64,000 nucleotides of DNA from Fibrobacteria bacterium (GTDB lineage: Bacteria > Fibrobacterota > Fibrobacteria > UBA11236). Position 1 is the stretch's first letter. Each line of letters starts with the position of its first letter. The stretch is taken from NCBI GenBank assembly GCA_043732185.1, contig JAYTHY010000050.1:1-64000 (forward strand). The letters run 5' to 3'. The notes below the pieces were generated by a model. The model did no database searches, was not told where the DNA came from, and saw only the letters and a program-made list of their open reading frames with translations. Positions 1 through 10,065 of this stretch are shown here, one piece after another. The position numbers were made by a program, and so were the translations under genes.

Positions 1-18
1 GGGTGATTGTGAATGAAA

Positions 19-624
19 TTAAAGATTAGGTGCGGAATAGGTTTCCGTTGCTGGCGTTGGTGCAGAATAGGATGACCCTGTCACCGTGGGCGCGCTATAG
101 GGCGCTCCAGTGATTGCCGGTGCACCATAAGTGATGCCCTGGGTGGGCGGTCCATATTTTGCCAGTTTATAATTGAAATTGCCAAACAACGAACCCGTTC
201 CATTACAAAAGCACTCTTCCACCATAGAGAAAAAGTTTGATTCGAAAGCAGTGGAATCCGTAAAAAGATCCGCTTTTTGCGAAAAGCACGTGACAACTTG
301 TTGCAGCCTGGGTGGAATCACTCGAGCCTCCAAGGATTGCTGATTCGTTGAAATCTCCTGGTACAGATCGATGAATCCCTGACACAATCCAGCATTTTTC
401 AATTCAGCAAGTGCATCCACGTCAAACGGCATATTCGTATCAGCAACCATGCTCTGGCCAAGTGGTACATAGCCAGCATGTACCGCAGCAATTTTGGTCA
501 AGGCATTGACCGTTTGTGAGATTTTTGGATCCGGATTCGAAGTATTATCCGGCTGCGTTGAGCTGTTGCAATTCCAAAGCATGGTGGCGAGAAAACCGAT
601 AGAGAGGGTACGAATCAGTTGCAT
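19..624 (-). CDS. Hypothetical lipoprotein with C-terminal Y-[GS]-[AP]-P repeats
   Basis: Lipobox-like MLWN-C after a hydrophobic stretch; AGGAAG upstream of ATG; tail contains KYGPP, TYGAP, PYSAP, SYSAP, TYSAP. Confidence 0.75.
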   Translation of the reverse strand: MQLIRTLSIGFLATMLWNCNSSTQPDNTSNPDPKISQTVNALTKIAAVHAGYVPLGQSMVADTNMPFDVDALAELKNAGLCQGFIDLYQEISTNQQSLEARVIPPRLQQVVTCFSQKADLFTDSTAFESNFFSMVEECFCNGTGSLFGNFNYKLAKYGPPTQGITYGAPAITGAPYSAPTVTGSSYSAPTPATETYSAPNL

Positions 625-693
625 GTTTCACTTCCTGGTTGAAATAAAATCTAGGGGCAAAAAATAACACATTTTTACACTTGTGTGCAGGAT

Positions 694-736
694 AGAGCAG
701 CCCAATCGCCCTTTTTAGAGGAGTGGGGCTGCCTCT
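694..736. other. Intergenic GC-rich stem-loop without a U-tract on the transcribed strand
   Basis: AGAGCAGCCC pairs with GGGCTGCCTCT between the barrel and lipoprotein genes. Confidence 0.45.
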
Positions 737-754
737 CAAAAAATAATATTTTGC

Positions 755-1549
755 CTATTTGGGCAAGGTGACATAAACTTTGGCACCGATGCCCCAAGAG
801 GCCCTTTCATTTGTGCCCGAAATAGTAATAGGTGCATTGACTTCATAAGCGAGCCAGGGAAGCAGGGCCACATTGGCACCCGGCATCAGCATAAAAAGGT
901 TTCCATCTGATTTAGTTAGCGACGTCCCATTAACGGCGCTTTCACCTGTCATGGAATACATGATGCCTAAATATGTCCCTATGAACTCCGTCCACATCGC
1001 TTCTGGTTTGGCATAAATTGAGAGTACATTTCCTGATTTATATTTGTCCTTGTTTTCCATATTGACTTGATAACCCAGTTGACCGGTTAGGCGGAAATCT
1101 CCAAAGCGATTTCCATATACGGCACCTAAACCTATTCCCATAGCAGGCTCAAAGGGCTGATCCAGATTGCCGGTGACGAAGGGCATCACCATATTCAAAT
1201 ATCCACCTAATCCAAGCGGAGCATGCGTATACTTGACGCCAAGCTGGGGCTGGGTGAATCCACCCGGTTCGCCAGCATCCTTATTTCCCAGGGTGCCAAC
1301 CGAGGCCAATTCAACATCTAAACCTGGCATGATGCCATATTTTAATTGCAAGGGTAATAAATTGATCATGGGGCTTTGGCTACTCGGATTGTCCAACTTT
1401 TTACCATCAGCATTATAACGCCCAGTTGGACTGGTGTACCAATAGCCGACATCCACTTCCAGCTTGCCTTTTTCGATTGAGCCGTATTCATCCATGCCGT
1501 AGCTGAATCCCATTAGGCTCAAACCTATTATTGCTAAAACCTTTTTCAT
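755..1549 (-). CDS. Outer-membrane beta-barrel (MetA-pathway/transporter-like)
   Basis: Start refined to MKKVLAII with CAGGAG RBS; signal peptide; alternating amphipathic strands; LKYGI..GLDVEL and LGVKY motifs. Confidence 0.7.
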   Translation of the reverse strand: MKKVLAIIGLSLMGFSYGMDEYGSIEKGKLEVDVGYWYTSPTGRYNADGKKLDNPSSQSPMINLLPLQLKYGIMPGLDVELASVGTLGNKDAGEPGGFTQPQLGVKYTHAPLGLGGYLNMVMPFVTGNLDQPFEPAMGIGLGAVYGNRFGDFRLTGQLGYQVNMENKDKYKSGNVLSIYAKPEAMWTEFIGTYLGIMYSMTGESAVNGTSLTKSDGNLFMLMPGANVALLPWLAYEVNAPITISGTNERASWGIGAKVYVTLPK

Positions 1550-1744
1550 GAAAACTCCTGTATGTGTGTCCAAACAAATTGACAATTAATGCCAAACTGT
1601 AGTTCTTTTTTTTCAGAAACTCCCGTTTAATTTTTTCTGATTTCTTAGACTTTTCCGAAGGCATTCGCTAACCAAATGATTCCAATAGATATAGAGTGAT
1701 CCTGAATTCGCCCGACCAAGAAATAATTCTGCTAGATTAGTGTC

Positions 1745-2563
1745 ATGCTGCAGCGACCACCCCATTTAGGCTTTGGACTTGGCTTACGCATTCCTCATTA
1801 CGCCCACATCCTGGAACACCGACCTGCGGTGGATTTCTTTGAAATCATCTCCGAAAATTTTATGGCCGCAGGAGGCATTCCGCTATACAACTTGGAACGT
1901 TTTTTGGAATCCTATCCAATTGTGTTACACGGTGTGTGCATGTCCTTGGGTTCGCCTGGCCCTTTGAATATGGACTATATGCGTAAGTTGAAATCTTTAG
2001 CCCACAAAACCAAGACACCGTGGTTCAGTGACCACCTTTGTTGGACCCAAGTGGGCGCGCACCATTACCACGATTTGCTTCCAATGCCCTACACAGAAGA
2101 AGCCGTCCGTCATGTTGCGGACAAAGCCCGCATCGCGCAAGACTTTATGGAAATCCCTTTCGGAATCGAAAACCTTTCTGCATTGGTTGAATTTTCAGCA
2201 TCGGAAATGCCCGAATGGGAATTCTATCGCAAAGTAGTAGAAAGGTCCGGATGCTGGATGATGCTGGACGTTAACAATATTTATGTCTCCTCGCGCAACC
2301 ATCATTTTGATCCCAATGAATACATTCGTGGATTGGACTTGAACCGTGTCTGCCAAATCCATTTGGCCGGGCATACCGACAAGGGCACGCATGTACTGGA
2401 TACCCACGATCACCCAGTGCGCGAGGAAGTTTGGGAATTGTACCGCATGGTGTATCTAGCCTGCGGAGGTGCTTCCACTTTAGTGGAATGGGATGATAAT
2501 TTTTTGTCCTTTGAATCCACGCATGCGGAAGTGCTGCGCGCCAAAGATTTGGTCTCAAAATAA
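1745..2563 (+). CDS. DUF692 multinuclear non-heme iron oxidase (MNIO, BufB-like)
   Basis: GLGLR, EIISEN, LHGV, SDHL, IENL, LDVNN, IHLAGH, DTH and EWD motifs. Confidence 0.93.
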   Translation: MLQRPPHLGFGLGLRIPHYAHILEHRPAVDFFEIISENFMAAGGIPLYNLERFLESYPIVLHGVCMSLGSPGPLNMDYMRKLKSLAHKTKTPWFSDHLCWTQVGAHHYHDLLPMPYTEEAVRHVADKARIAQDFMEIPFGIENLSALVEFSASEMPEWEFYRKVVERSGCWMMLDVNNIYVSSRNHHFDPNEYIRGLDLNRVCQIHLAGHTDKGTHVLDTHDHPVREEVWELYRMVYLACGGASTLVEWDDNFLSFESTHAEVLRAKDLVSK

Positions 2564-2594
2564 AAGAACCCGCTCGGTAAAGAGCAGGTTCTTT
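2563..2594. terminator. Probable bidirectional intrinsic terminator
   Basis: AAAGAACC-C-GCTC / GAGC-A-GGTTCTTT hairpin between convergent genes. Confidence 0.7.
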
Positions 2595-2621
2595 GGTTAA
2601 GCTCAAAGTGTCCGACAAGAA

Positions 2622-3098
2622 TTACATGGTCTTGCAGCCACCTAAACCTTTGCACTCGTTTTTGCCTTTGCAGGAATGACCCTTACCAGCCATGTCCATA
2701 GCCATAGAGGCTTTCTTGGCGGCCGCTTCAATGTCTTTATCAGACATCGCGCATCCACCCTGTCCTTTGCAAGCGTTCTGACCCTTGCAAGCATGTTTAT
2801 CTGCTACTGCAGGAACATGTGCAGAAGCCGGAGCAGCTGGGGCTACGCCCGATCCGGTTGGAGCCATAGCCGAGTTTGATGAAGAATCCGCCACAGTCTT
2901 TTTATGGACTTTCTTATGCGTCTTCCCTGTCTTGGCTGTGTCAGCAGCCCCCGTGCCTACTCCAGGACCAGTTTGACCCGAACCGGCGGCAGTGGATACT
3001 GCCGCCTTTGCCTCACTACCGGAAACATTGGACACAGATATTATGCCAGCAGCAATGCCAGCAAATGCCAATTGCGCCAGTAATGTGGATTTATTCAT
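2622..3098 (-). CDS. BufA2-like (bufferin-type) secreted Cys-rich precursor peptide
   Basis: Signal peptide, low-complexity linker, two HxCKGxNxCKGxGGC repeats; adjacent to DUF692. Confidence 0.85.
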   Translation of the reverse strand: MNKSTLLAQLAFAGIAAGIISVSNVSGSEAKAAVSTAAGSGQTGPGVGTGAADTAKTGKTHKKVHKKTVADSSSNSAMAPTGSGVAPAAPASAHVPAVADKHACKGQNACKGQGGCAMSDKDIEAAAKKASMAMDMAGKGHSCKGKNECKGLGGCKTM

Positions 3099-3418
3099 TT
3101 TGCTGAACCAGCAGGGGTGGCAGTGTGCTTTTCAGCTGGCATTGCTGGTGTTGCTGGTGTTGCAGGCGCAGTGGTTGTCGCTGCAGCGGCGGTTGAATCA
3201 ACAGCGGCTTTCTTTTTGGCGTGCTTGGCCTTCTTAGCAGGCTTGGCGGTATCTGCGGGCATTGCAGTGGCAGCGGGTGCATCTACAGCAGGAGCAGTGG
3301 TGGTGGCAGCTGCGGCTGCTTTAGCGGGATGGGCTTCGGCTGCCATGATTTGGGACAGGCCCAAAACGCCTACGATACCTACGGAAATTGCCAAGGTGGT
3401 GATGGATTGCTTTTTCAT
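3095..3418 (-). CDS. Secreted Ala/Lys/Pro-rich small protein, Cys-free paralog-like of the precursor
   Basis: GAAGGAAGG RBS, signal peptide, ADTAK..KK..H..KK..DS motif shared with 2622-3098, 4-nt overlap. Confidence 0.75.
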   Translation of the reverse strand: MKKQSITTLAISVGIVGVLGLSQIMAAEAHPAKAAAAATTTAPAVDAPAATAMPADTAKPAKKAKHAKKKAAVDSTAAAATTTAPATPATPAMPAEKHTATPAGSAK

Positions 3419-3543
3419 TGTCTACCTTCCTTCATGAATCCAGCTAGCTTGACTACCTGGGTTTTGGTGTTATGTCGACGGCTAATGTAATAACTTGCCG
3501 CCATTTGTCAGGTCATTTTCTACAGTTAAAACGGAACCGAGCC

Positions 3544-6500
3544 TTACACAGGATCATAATCGAGATTCGGCGCCAGCCATCGTTCTGCCGTGGCCAGATC
3601 CATTTCCTTGCGTACCGCATAGTCCTTCACCTGGTCTTTACTGATTTTCCCGAGCCCAAAATAACGCGAGAGTGGGTGGGCAAAATACCATCCACTCACT
3701 GCCGCCGCCGGCCACATTGCAAAACTCTCTGTGAGTTTTAATCCAATGCGCTTTTCCACTTCCAGAAGACTGAAAAGCGTGGCTTTTTCCGTGTGGTCGG
3801 GGCATGCCGGATACCCTGGGGCTGGCCGAATGCCTTGGTATTTCTCACGCACTAAATCCTCAACTTTCAAATTCTCCTTTTTGGTATAGCCCCAATATTC
3901 CTCGCGGATTTTTTGATGGAGCAGCTCTGCAAAGGCTTCGGCAAGTCTATCAGCCAATGCCTTGGCCATAATGCTGTTGTAGTCATCGTGGTCTTTTTCG
4001 AATTCCGCAACAATTTTATCCAGCCCCACCCCGGCCGTCACAGCGAAAGCGCCCATGAAGTCAGTAAGCCCTGACTCGCGTGGCGCAAGAAAATCGGCTA
4101 AGGCGAGATTGGGTTCACTGCCGGCCTTATCGCTTTGTTGCCTCAGTGAATGCACGGTGGCTTTGACTGTCGAGCAGGATTCATCGGCATAGATTTCAAT
4201 GTCATCGCCACGGCTCTTGGCGGGAAAAATTCCAAACACGGCCTGGGCAGTCAAATTTTTATCCGCTACGATTTTTTTCAACAAGGCTTGCGCATCGGCA
4301 AACAACTTGGTCGCTTCCCCACCGACCGTTGCATCCTGAAGGATTTTCGGATACTGCCCGACCAATTCCCACGTTTGAAAAAAAGGTGTCCAGTCGATAA
4401 AGGGAACGATGTCTTCCAATGGATACGCTGTGAAATCCCGAACACCTAGAAAGGCGGGCCGCTTGATTTCCCCCCGTGCCTGCGCGCCACCCCAATCGAT
4501 ATTGAATTTGCGCTTGCGGGCTTCGGCGATGGAAATCGACTTGCGATCACTCATCTTCTGCTTATGCTCTTGACGCACATTCTCGTAGCGCTCCCGAACC
4601 TTTACCATGAAGGCTTCTTGCGTGGCAGGATTCAGCAAGCTTCCGGTAGTGGGCACGCTGCGGGATGCGTCCAACACATGCACAACCGGGTACGAATATA
4701 CAGGTGCGATTTTAACCGCTGTATGCGCCACGGAAGTGGTAGCTCCACCAATGAGCAAGGGAATTTTGAGGCCAAGGCGTTCCATTTCACGCGCTACATG
4801 CACCATCTCATCCAGAGAAGGTGTGATAAGTCCGGACAGGCCAATAGCGTCCACTTTTTCTGCGATGGCGGTTTCCAAGATTTTATTGGCCGGAACCATC
4901 ACGCCCATATCGATAATGGTGTAATTGTTGCAGGCCAAAACCACGCCCACAATATTTTTGCCGATATCATGCACATCGCCCTTGACTGTGGCCATCAGGA
5001 TTTTTCCCGCTGCCCGGCTGGTAGAAGGGTTCTTTAATTTTTCCGCTTCGATATAGGGTAACAGGACCGCTACGGCTTTTTTCATAACGCGGGCGCTTTT
5101 AACAACCTGCGGCAGGAACATCTGGCCGGAACCGAACAAATCGCCCACCACGCTCATGCCCGCCATAAGCGGGCCTTCGATGACTTCCAAGGGTTTGGCG
5201 TACTTAAGGCGTGCCTCTTCCACGTCCTTGTCGATGAACTCGACAATGCCCTTGACTAGGGAATGGCTGAGCCTATCTTCTACCGTTCCCTTGCGCCAGG
5301 CTTCATCTTCCACCTTGCCCTTTTCGGTTTTCTTAACCGTATCCGCAAAGTTAACGAGCCTTTCCGTGGCATCGCTGCGACGGTTGAGCAGCACATCCTC
5401 GACCAATTCCAAAAGATCCTTGGGAATTTCATCGTACACCTGCAGCATTCCCGCATTGACAATGCCCATATCCAGTCCCGCCTTGATGGCATGATACAGA
5501 AATGCCGAATGCATGGCCTCGCGTACGGGGTTGTTGCCACGGAAGGAAAAGGAAATGTTGGACACTCCGCCACTGACATGGGCTCCAGGTAGATTGGCTT
5601 TGATCCAGCGCGTCGCTTCGATAAAGTCCACGGCATAATTGTTGTGTTCGTCCATGCCCGTGGCCACGGTCAGGATGTTGGGATCGAAAATGATGTCCTG
5701 CGGGGGAAATCCCACTTCGTCAACGAGGATGCGATAACTGCGGCTGCAAATTTCCTTGCGCCTCTCCACAGAGTCTGCCTGGCCTTTTTCGTCAAAGGCC
5801 ATGACCACGGCGGCGGCCCCATAGCGGCGGATAAGTCCGGCCCGTTCCCGAAACTCCTTTTCGCCTTCCTTAAGACTGATGGAGTTTACAATGCCCTTGC
5901 CCTGCACGCATTGCAGCCCTTTTTCTATCACGCTCCACTTGGACGAATCGATCATGACGGGTTTGGCGGAAATGTCCGGTTCACCGGCTACGAGATTCAG
6001 AAAACGCGTCATGGCCGCTTCGGAATCGAGCATTCCCTCGTCCATGTTGACATCGAATATTTGCGCTCCACCATCGATTTGTTGTTTGGCGATGGCAACA
6101 CCGGCATCATAATCTCCGGAAAGGATGGCCTTGGAGAATTTTGGAGAACCAGTAATATTGGTGCGCTCGCCTACATTGACGAAATTGGTCTCCGGCCGAA
6201 TAATCAGGGGCTCCAACCCGCTGAGCATGGTGTTCTTGGAGGTTTCCGGTATGGGTCGGGGCGGAAACTTGGCCACCAAAGCATTGATTTTGGAAATGTG
6301 CTCGGGCGTAGTGCCGCAGCAGCCGCCGACAATATTGAGAAAGCCGCTGGCCGCGAACTCCTCTACCAGGCGGGACATTTCATCCGCGGTTTGGTCGTAT
6401 TGGCCAAAGGCATTGGGAAGGCCCGCATTCGGATGACAGCTCAGATGACAACCGGCGATGCGTGACAGCTCCTGCACATACGGACGCATGTCTTCCGCAC

Positions 6501-7266
6501 CCAAGGAGCAATTGATGCCTACGCTGAATACAGGCACATGCGAGATGGAAATCCAAAAAGCCTCCACCGTCTGGCCGGAAAGCGTGCGCCCGCTTTTATC
6601 CACAATAGTCATGGAAATCATAACCGGCAACCGCATATCCTTTTCCGTGAAATATTTTTCCAAAGCAAAAAGGGCGGCTTTGCAATTCAAAGTATCGGTG
6701 ATGGTTTCAATCAGCAGCAAATCGCTGCCGCCATCGACTAGGCCGCGCACTTGTTCGGTATAGGCATCCACCAATTGCTGAAACGTTACCGAACGGAAGC
6801 CAGGATCGTTTACATCCGGAGACATCGACAAGGTACGCGTGGTAGGACCGATGGATCCGGCCACAAAGCGAGGCTTGTCCGGTGTGCGTAAAGTAAAATC
6901 CGCCGCGGCTTTTTTGGCCAGACGGGCGGCGGCCACGTTCAGTTCATAGACCAAGCCTTCCATATGGTAGTCGGCCATGGAAACGGCGTTGGAGTTGAAA
7001 GTATTGGTTTCCAGGATATCGGCACCGGCTTCCAAATACGCGCGGTGGATGCCATCGATGACATCGGGCCGGGTGATGGCCAGCAAATCGTTGTTGCCCT
7101 TCACATCGCAGGTATGGGTTTTGAAACGCTCTCCACGGAAGTCGCTCTCCCCTAGTGTGTGTCGCTGGATCATGGTGCCCATGGCGCCGTCCAGGATGAG
7201 TATGCGTTTTTGTGCCGCACGTAAAACAGGATGCTGGGCTGAATCGAGAGGGTTTTTAGAAAACAT
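3544..7266 (-). CDS. metH: Cobalamin-dependent methionine synthase
   Basis: [32 protein letters not shown]12 motif, [10 protein letters not shown] activation domain. Confidence 0.98.
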   Translation of the reverse strand: MFSKNPLDSAQHPVLRAAQKRILILDGAMGTMIQRHTLGESDFRGERFKTHTCDVKGNNDLLAITRPDVIDGIHRAYLEAGADILETNTFNSNAVSMADYHMEGLVYELNVAAARLAKKAAADFTLRTPDKPRFVAGSIGPTTRTLSMSPDVNDPGFRSVTFQQLVDAYTEQVRGLVDGGSDLLLIETITDTLNCKAALFALEKYFTEKDMRLPVMISMTIVDKSGRTLSGQTVEAFWISISHVPVFSVGINCSLGAEDMRPYVQELSRIAGCHLSCHPNAGLPNAFGQYDQTADEMSRLVEEFAASGFLNIVGGCCGTTPEHISKINALVAKFPPRPIPETSKNTMLSGLEPLIIRPETNFVNVGERTNITGSPKFSKAILSGDYDAGVAIAKQQIDGGAQIFDVNMDEGMLDSEAAMTRFLNLVAGEPDISAKPVMIDSSKWSVIEKGLQCVQGKGIVNSISLKEGEKEFRERAGLIRRYGAAAVVMAFDEKGQADSVERRKEICSRSYRILVDEVGFPPQDIIFDPNILTVATGMDEHNNYAVDFIEATRWIKANLPGAHVSGGVSNISFSFRGNNPVREAMHSAFLYHAIKAGLDMGIVNAGMLQVYDEIPKDLLELVEDVLLNRRSDATERLVNFADTVKKTEKGKVEDEAWRKGTVEDRLSHSLVKGIVEFIDKDVEEARLKYAKPLEVIEGPLMAGMSVVGDLFGSGQMFLPQVVKSARVMKKAVAVLLPYIEAEKLKNPSTSRAAGKILMATVKGDVHDIGKNIVGVVLACNNYTIIDMGVMVPANKILETAIAEKVDAIGLSGLITPSLDEMVHVAREMERLGLKIPLLIGGATTSVAHTAVKIAPVYSYPVVHVLDASRSVPTTGSLLNPATQEAFMVKVRERYENVRQEHKQKMSDRKSISIAEARKRKFNIDWGGAQARGEIKRPAFLGVRDFTAYPLEDIVPFIDWTPFFQTWELVGQYPKILQDATVGGEATKLFADAQALLKKIVADKNLTAQAVFGIFPAKSRGDDIEIYADESCSTVKATVHSLRQQSDKAGSEPNLALADFLAPRESGLTDFMGAFAVTAGVGLDKIVAEFEKDHDDYNSIMAKALADRLAEAFAELLHQKIREEYWGYTKKENLKVEDLVREKYQGIRPAPGYPACPDHTEKATLFSLLEVEKRIGLKLTESFAMWPAAAVSGWYFAHPLSRYFGLGKISKDQVKDYAVRKEMDLATAERWLAPNLDYDPV

Positions 7267-7315
7267 GTCTACTTTCCTTGTGCTTAATTCGAATTCCGTG
7301 GTGGGAATGGGTCGG

Positions 7316-8275
7316 TCAGGGTTTTTCAGCTTGCATCAACAAGCCTTCGATTTCAGGGTAGTCCTTGGTGGACCCGGTGATTTCCGCATGGAGCTTTTCA
7401 AATCCGCTTTCCTTGAGCCAGCTTTCCAAATCGCTTAAGGAAAAGCCCAACCAAAAATCACCGAACTTAGTGCGCATCCATTCTTCGCCATGGGCAAGCA
7501 GATCCAGGATGAGAATTCGACCTCCCGGAACCAACAGCCGGAAAGACTCGGCGATGGCTTCCTTTGGCTTAGCAGCATGGTGCAGGGACTGGGACACGAT
7601 AACCAGGTCAAAGTTCGCGGACGGCAAGCCGGTTTCTTCCATTTGCTTGTGTAAGAAAACAGGATTTGCCAAAGCCGATTTACCGGTTCCCGCATTGCCC
7701 AGCTCGCGTGCCAGGCGGATTTGCTCATCGCTCGTATCCACACCCGTGACCTTATTCCCGGATTGCGCCAGCATGATGGACAGGCGTCCATTGCCGCAGC
7801 CGAGATCTAGAATGCGCTTGCCTCCGATAAGGCGAATGAGTCCGTGGGAAAGCGCGCGCCAAGATTGCCCCGGCGAGGGCATGTTTTGCACCGCTTGGGA
7901 GTTGAAGAATTCACGGGACCGCATGCCGCGCTCTTCGAGAACTTTTTGCAGACTGCGGAAATCTCGCGCGTACCACTTAGCCAAGTGCGCGCTTTGCAAA
8001 GCATTGGCTACAATGGTTGTCCTGGGATCCTCTTTGACCGCAGTGGGAATGCGGTAGAGAACCTTTTGGCCTTCTTTGCGGCTGGCTACCAAATCTTGTT
8101 CTTTAAGTAAACCGAGCTGCGTGGACAGGGTGCTTTGGCCAAGACCCAGAACCTTTTGAAGCTCCCCCACCGCCAATTCATTTTCTTGCAACAAGGATAA
8201 AATCCGAAGCCGGGTTTCATCGCTTAAAAGCTTAAAAATGCCAGTCAGAACATCGATTTGCAGGACATTGGGCAT
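7316..8275 (-). CDS. sahR: ArsR-HTH plus class I methyltransferase fusion (SahR-type SAM-cycle regulator)
   Basis: [11 protein letters not shown]rs[15 protein letters not shown] motif; directly upstream of metH. Confidence 0.85.
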   Translation of the reverse strand: MPNVLQIDVLTGIFKLLSDETRLRILSLLQENELAVGELQKVLGLGQSTLSTQLGLLKEQDLVASRKEGQKVLYRIPTAVKEDPRTTIVANALQSAHLAKWYARDFRSLQKVLEERGMRSREFFNSQAVQNMPSPGQSWRALSHGLIRLIGGKRILDLGCGNGRLSIMLAQSGNKVTGVDTSDEQIRLARELGNAGTGKSALANPVFLHKQMEETGLPSANFDLVIVSQSLHHAAKPKEAIAESFRLLVPGGRILILDLLAHGEEWMRTKFGDFWLGFSLSDLESWLKESGFEKLHAEITGSTKDYPEIEGLLMQAEKP

Positions 8276-8288
8276 GGTGGACTAAAGT

Positions 8289-8308
8289 ATATCAATATAT
8301 CGTGAAAT
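8289..8308. promoter_or_regulatory. Putative SahR operator
   Basis: Imperfect 20-bp palindrome ATATCAATATATCGTGAAAT 13 nt upstream of the sahR start. Confidence 0.6.
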
Positions 8309-8344
8309 AAAGATATATTTTCCACTCAGGCAGTGGCGGCACCC

Positions 8345-8701
8345 TCAATTTGAAGCGTGGGTGACAAAAACCCCGAAGAAAAATAGCAGGAATCCCAAAA
8401 AATAAGCGCCATTGAACAGCGCACCCAGAGCCGCTGCTATTTTATGCTTTCCATAAAACATCTGTCGCAAGCTCCACCCCAATCCAAAAAAGGCGATAAA
8501 ACTAAGCCCGAATACAATCGTAATCAGTACGCCGGCCTGCGTCTTTCGGGCAGGTTCAAAATTGGGAAAACCGATGTTCAGCAACCAGCACATGGCCAGG
8601 AATTGCAGCACCATCACTGCCGGTGGAATGCATAATGTGAAAAATGGGCTGTCCTGAAATGCCGGAAGTTTGCTGCTCAATCTAATCCTCAAGGATCCCA
8701 A
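8345..8701 (-). CDS. Small membrane protein (about 3 TM), start uncertain
   Basis: Three hydrophobic segments; co-oriented with pyrC. Confidence 0.55.
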   Translation of the reverse strand: MGSLRIRLSSKLPAFQDSPFFTLCIPPAVMVLQFLAMCWLLNIGFPNFEPARKTQAGVLITIVFGLSFIAFFGLGWSLRQMFYGKHKIAAALGALFNGAYFLGFLLFFFGVFVTHASN

Positions 8702-10017
8702 GGCGCGACGATGTCCATTTCCTTGCCGAGATGATCGGTAAAGAATTCACCTTCACGAAAAACCACATGACCATTAACCATAGTCATAATCGGCCAACCC
8801 TTGGTTTTCCATCCATGGTACGGACTCCAATTGACCTTGGTCTGGAGCTTGCCGTTTTCGATGGTTTTTTCCTTCTCCATGTCAACGAGCACAAGGTCAG
8901 CAGCATATCCAACTTCTATCTTGCCTCGGCCTTGAATCCCGTATAGCCGCGCCGGGTTTTCACACATCCAGCGCACCACGTCTTCCAAACTGCATAAACC
9001 TTGGTTGACGCGGTTCAACATCAGTGGCAAAGAGGTTTCCACTCCCGGCATGCCGGAGGGAGAACTCGGATAGCCCTTATCCTTTTCTGCGCGGGTATGC
9101 GGCGCGTGATCGGTGGCAATGCAGTCTATGACTCCGGTCTTAAGAGCGTGCCACAGTGCTTCACCATGCCGGCGCTCGCGAATGGGCGGATTCATCTGCG
9201 CATAGGTGCCCAACGCATCATAACATTCCGGGGCCGTCAAGAGAAAATGCTGGGGACAGACTTCGGCGGTTACCGGCAGCCCCTTTTTTTCCTTGGCCAG
9301 GAATTCTGCTTCCTCCTGCGTCGTCATATGCAAAATATGCAAACGGCGCTGATATTTTCGGGACAAGGCTACAGCTGTGCGCGTGGCTTTAATAGCCACT
9401 TCCGGACTGCGGATAAGATTGTGGTCGTGCACGCGCGTGGTGTGAGGATATCGGGCCTTGTTTTCCTTGATCAGGACTTCATCTTCCGCATGCACGGCGA
9501 TAAGCCGACGGCCGGTGGCGAATATCCGTTCCAAGTCCTCAAGTTTGTCGACGAGCAAAGAACCGGTGGAAGCACCCATAAAGATTTTTATGCCGCAGAC
9601 ATTTTTTACCGTCTGGAGATCCGGCAGGTTTTCCGGAGTGCCGCCGATGAAAAAATTGTAATTGACCAAACTTTTGGCCGCTGCAATTTTTTTCTTAGCT
9701 TCCATGAGCGCAACAGTTACGGTAGCCGGTGTCGTATTGGGCATTTCCAGAAAGCCGGTAACACCTCCGGCTGCCGCGGCCCGGGATCCAGTGGCCAGAT
9801 CCTCTTTCCATTCCATGCCGGGGTCGCGAAAATGAACTTGGGGGTCTATCGCACCTGGAATGAGGTGCAGCCCACGGGCGTTTATAATTTCGGCACCAGA
9901 GGCCTGGAGAGAATTCCCCATGGCACGGATAACCCCGTCAGCAACTAGAACATCAATAGATTGGGTGCCATTGGGCGTCACAACCTTGGCGTTTTGGATC
10001 CATTTTTCGGTTTGCAT
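8689..10017 (-). CDS. pyrC: Dihydroorotase (amidohydrolase family)
   Basis: IDPQVHFRDPG, EMPNT, EVCPQH, IATDHAPH, GMPGVET; start refined to MQTEK. Confidence 0.88.
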   Translation of the reverse strand: MQTEKWIQNAKVVTPNGTQSIDVLVADGVIRAMGNSLQASGAEIINARGLHLIPGAIDPQVHFRDPGMEWKEDLATGSRAAAAGGVTGFLEMPNTTPATVTVALMEAKKKIAAAKSLVNYNFFIGGTPENLPDLQTVKNVCGIKIFMGASTGSLLVDKLEDLERIFATGRRLIAVHAEDEVLIKENKARYPHTTRVHDHNLIRSPEVAIKATRTAVALSRKYQRRLHILHMTTQEEAEFLAKEKKGLPVTAEVCPQHFLLTAPECYDALGTYAQMNPPIRERRHGEALWHALKTGVIDCIATDHAPHTRAEKDKGYPSSPSGMPGVETSLPLMLNRVNQGLCSLEDVVRWMCENPARLYGIQGRGKIEVGYAADLVLVDMEKEKTIENGKLQTKVNWSPYHGWKTKGWPIMTMVNGHVVFREGEFFTDHLGKEMDIVAPWDP

Positions 10018-10065
10018 ATCTCTCGCTAAGAGTAGCAATACCGGCTGCGAATTTCGAACCTGAAA

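Noticed and set aside
1606..1613. T8 run in the divergent barrel/MNIO promoter as a phase-variation tract
   Set aside because: Short and within an AT-rich intergenic region; no evidence of variability
3419..3543. CusR/CopR-like box or sigma54 site upstream of the precursor operon
   Set aside because: GAC...TGTAAT spacing is off and GG-N10-GC is not met
5644..6465. Long + strand ORFs antisense to metH (similarly 9001-9948, 19163-20248, 31649-32500)
   Set aside because: Shadow frames of well-supported genes; no recognisable motifs
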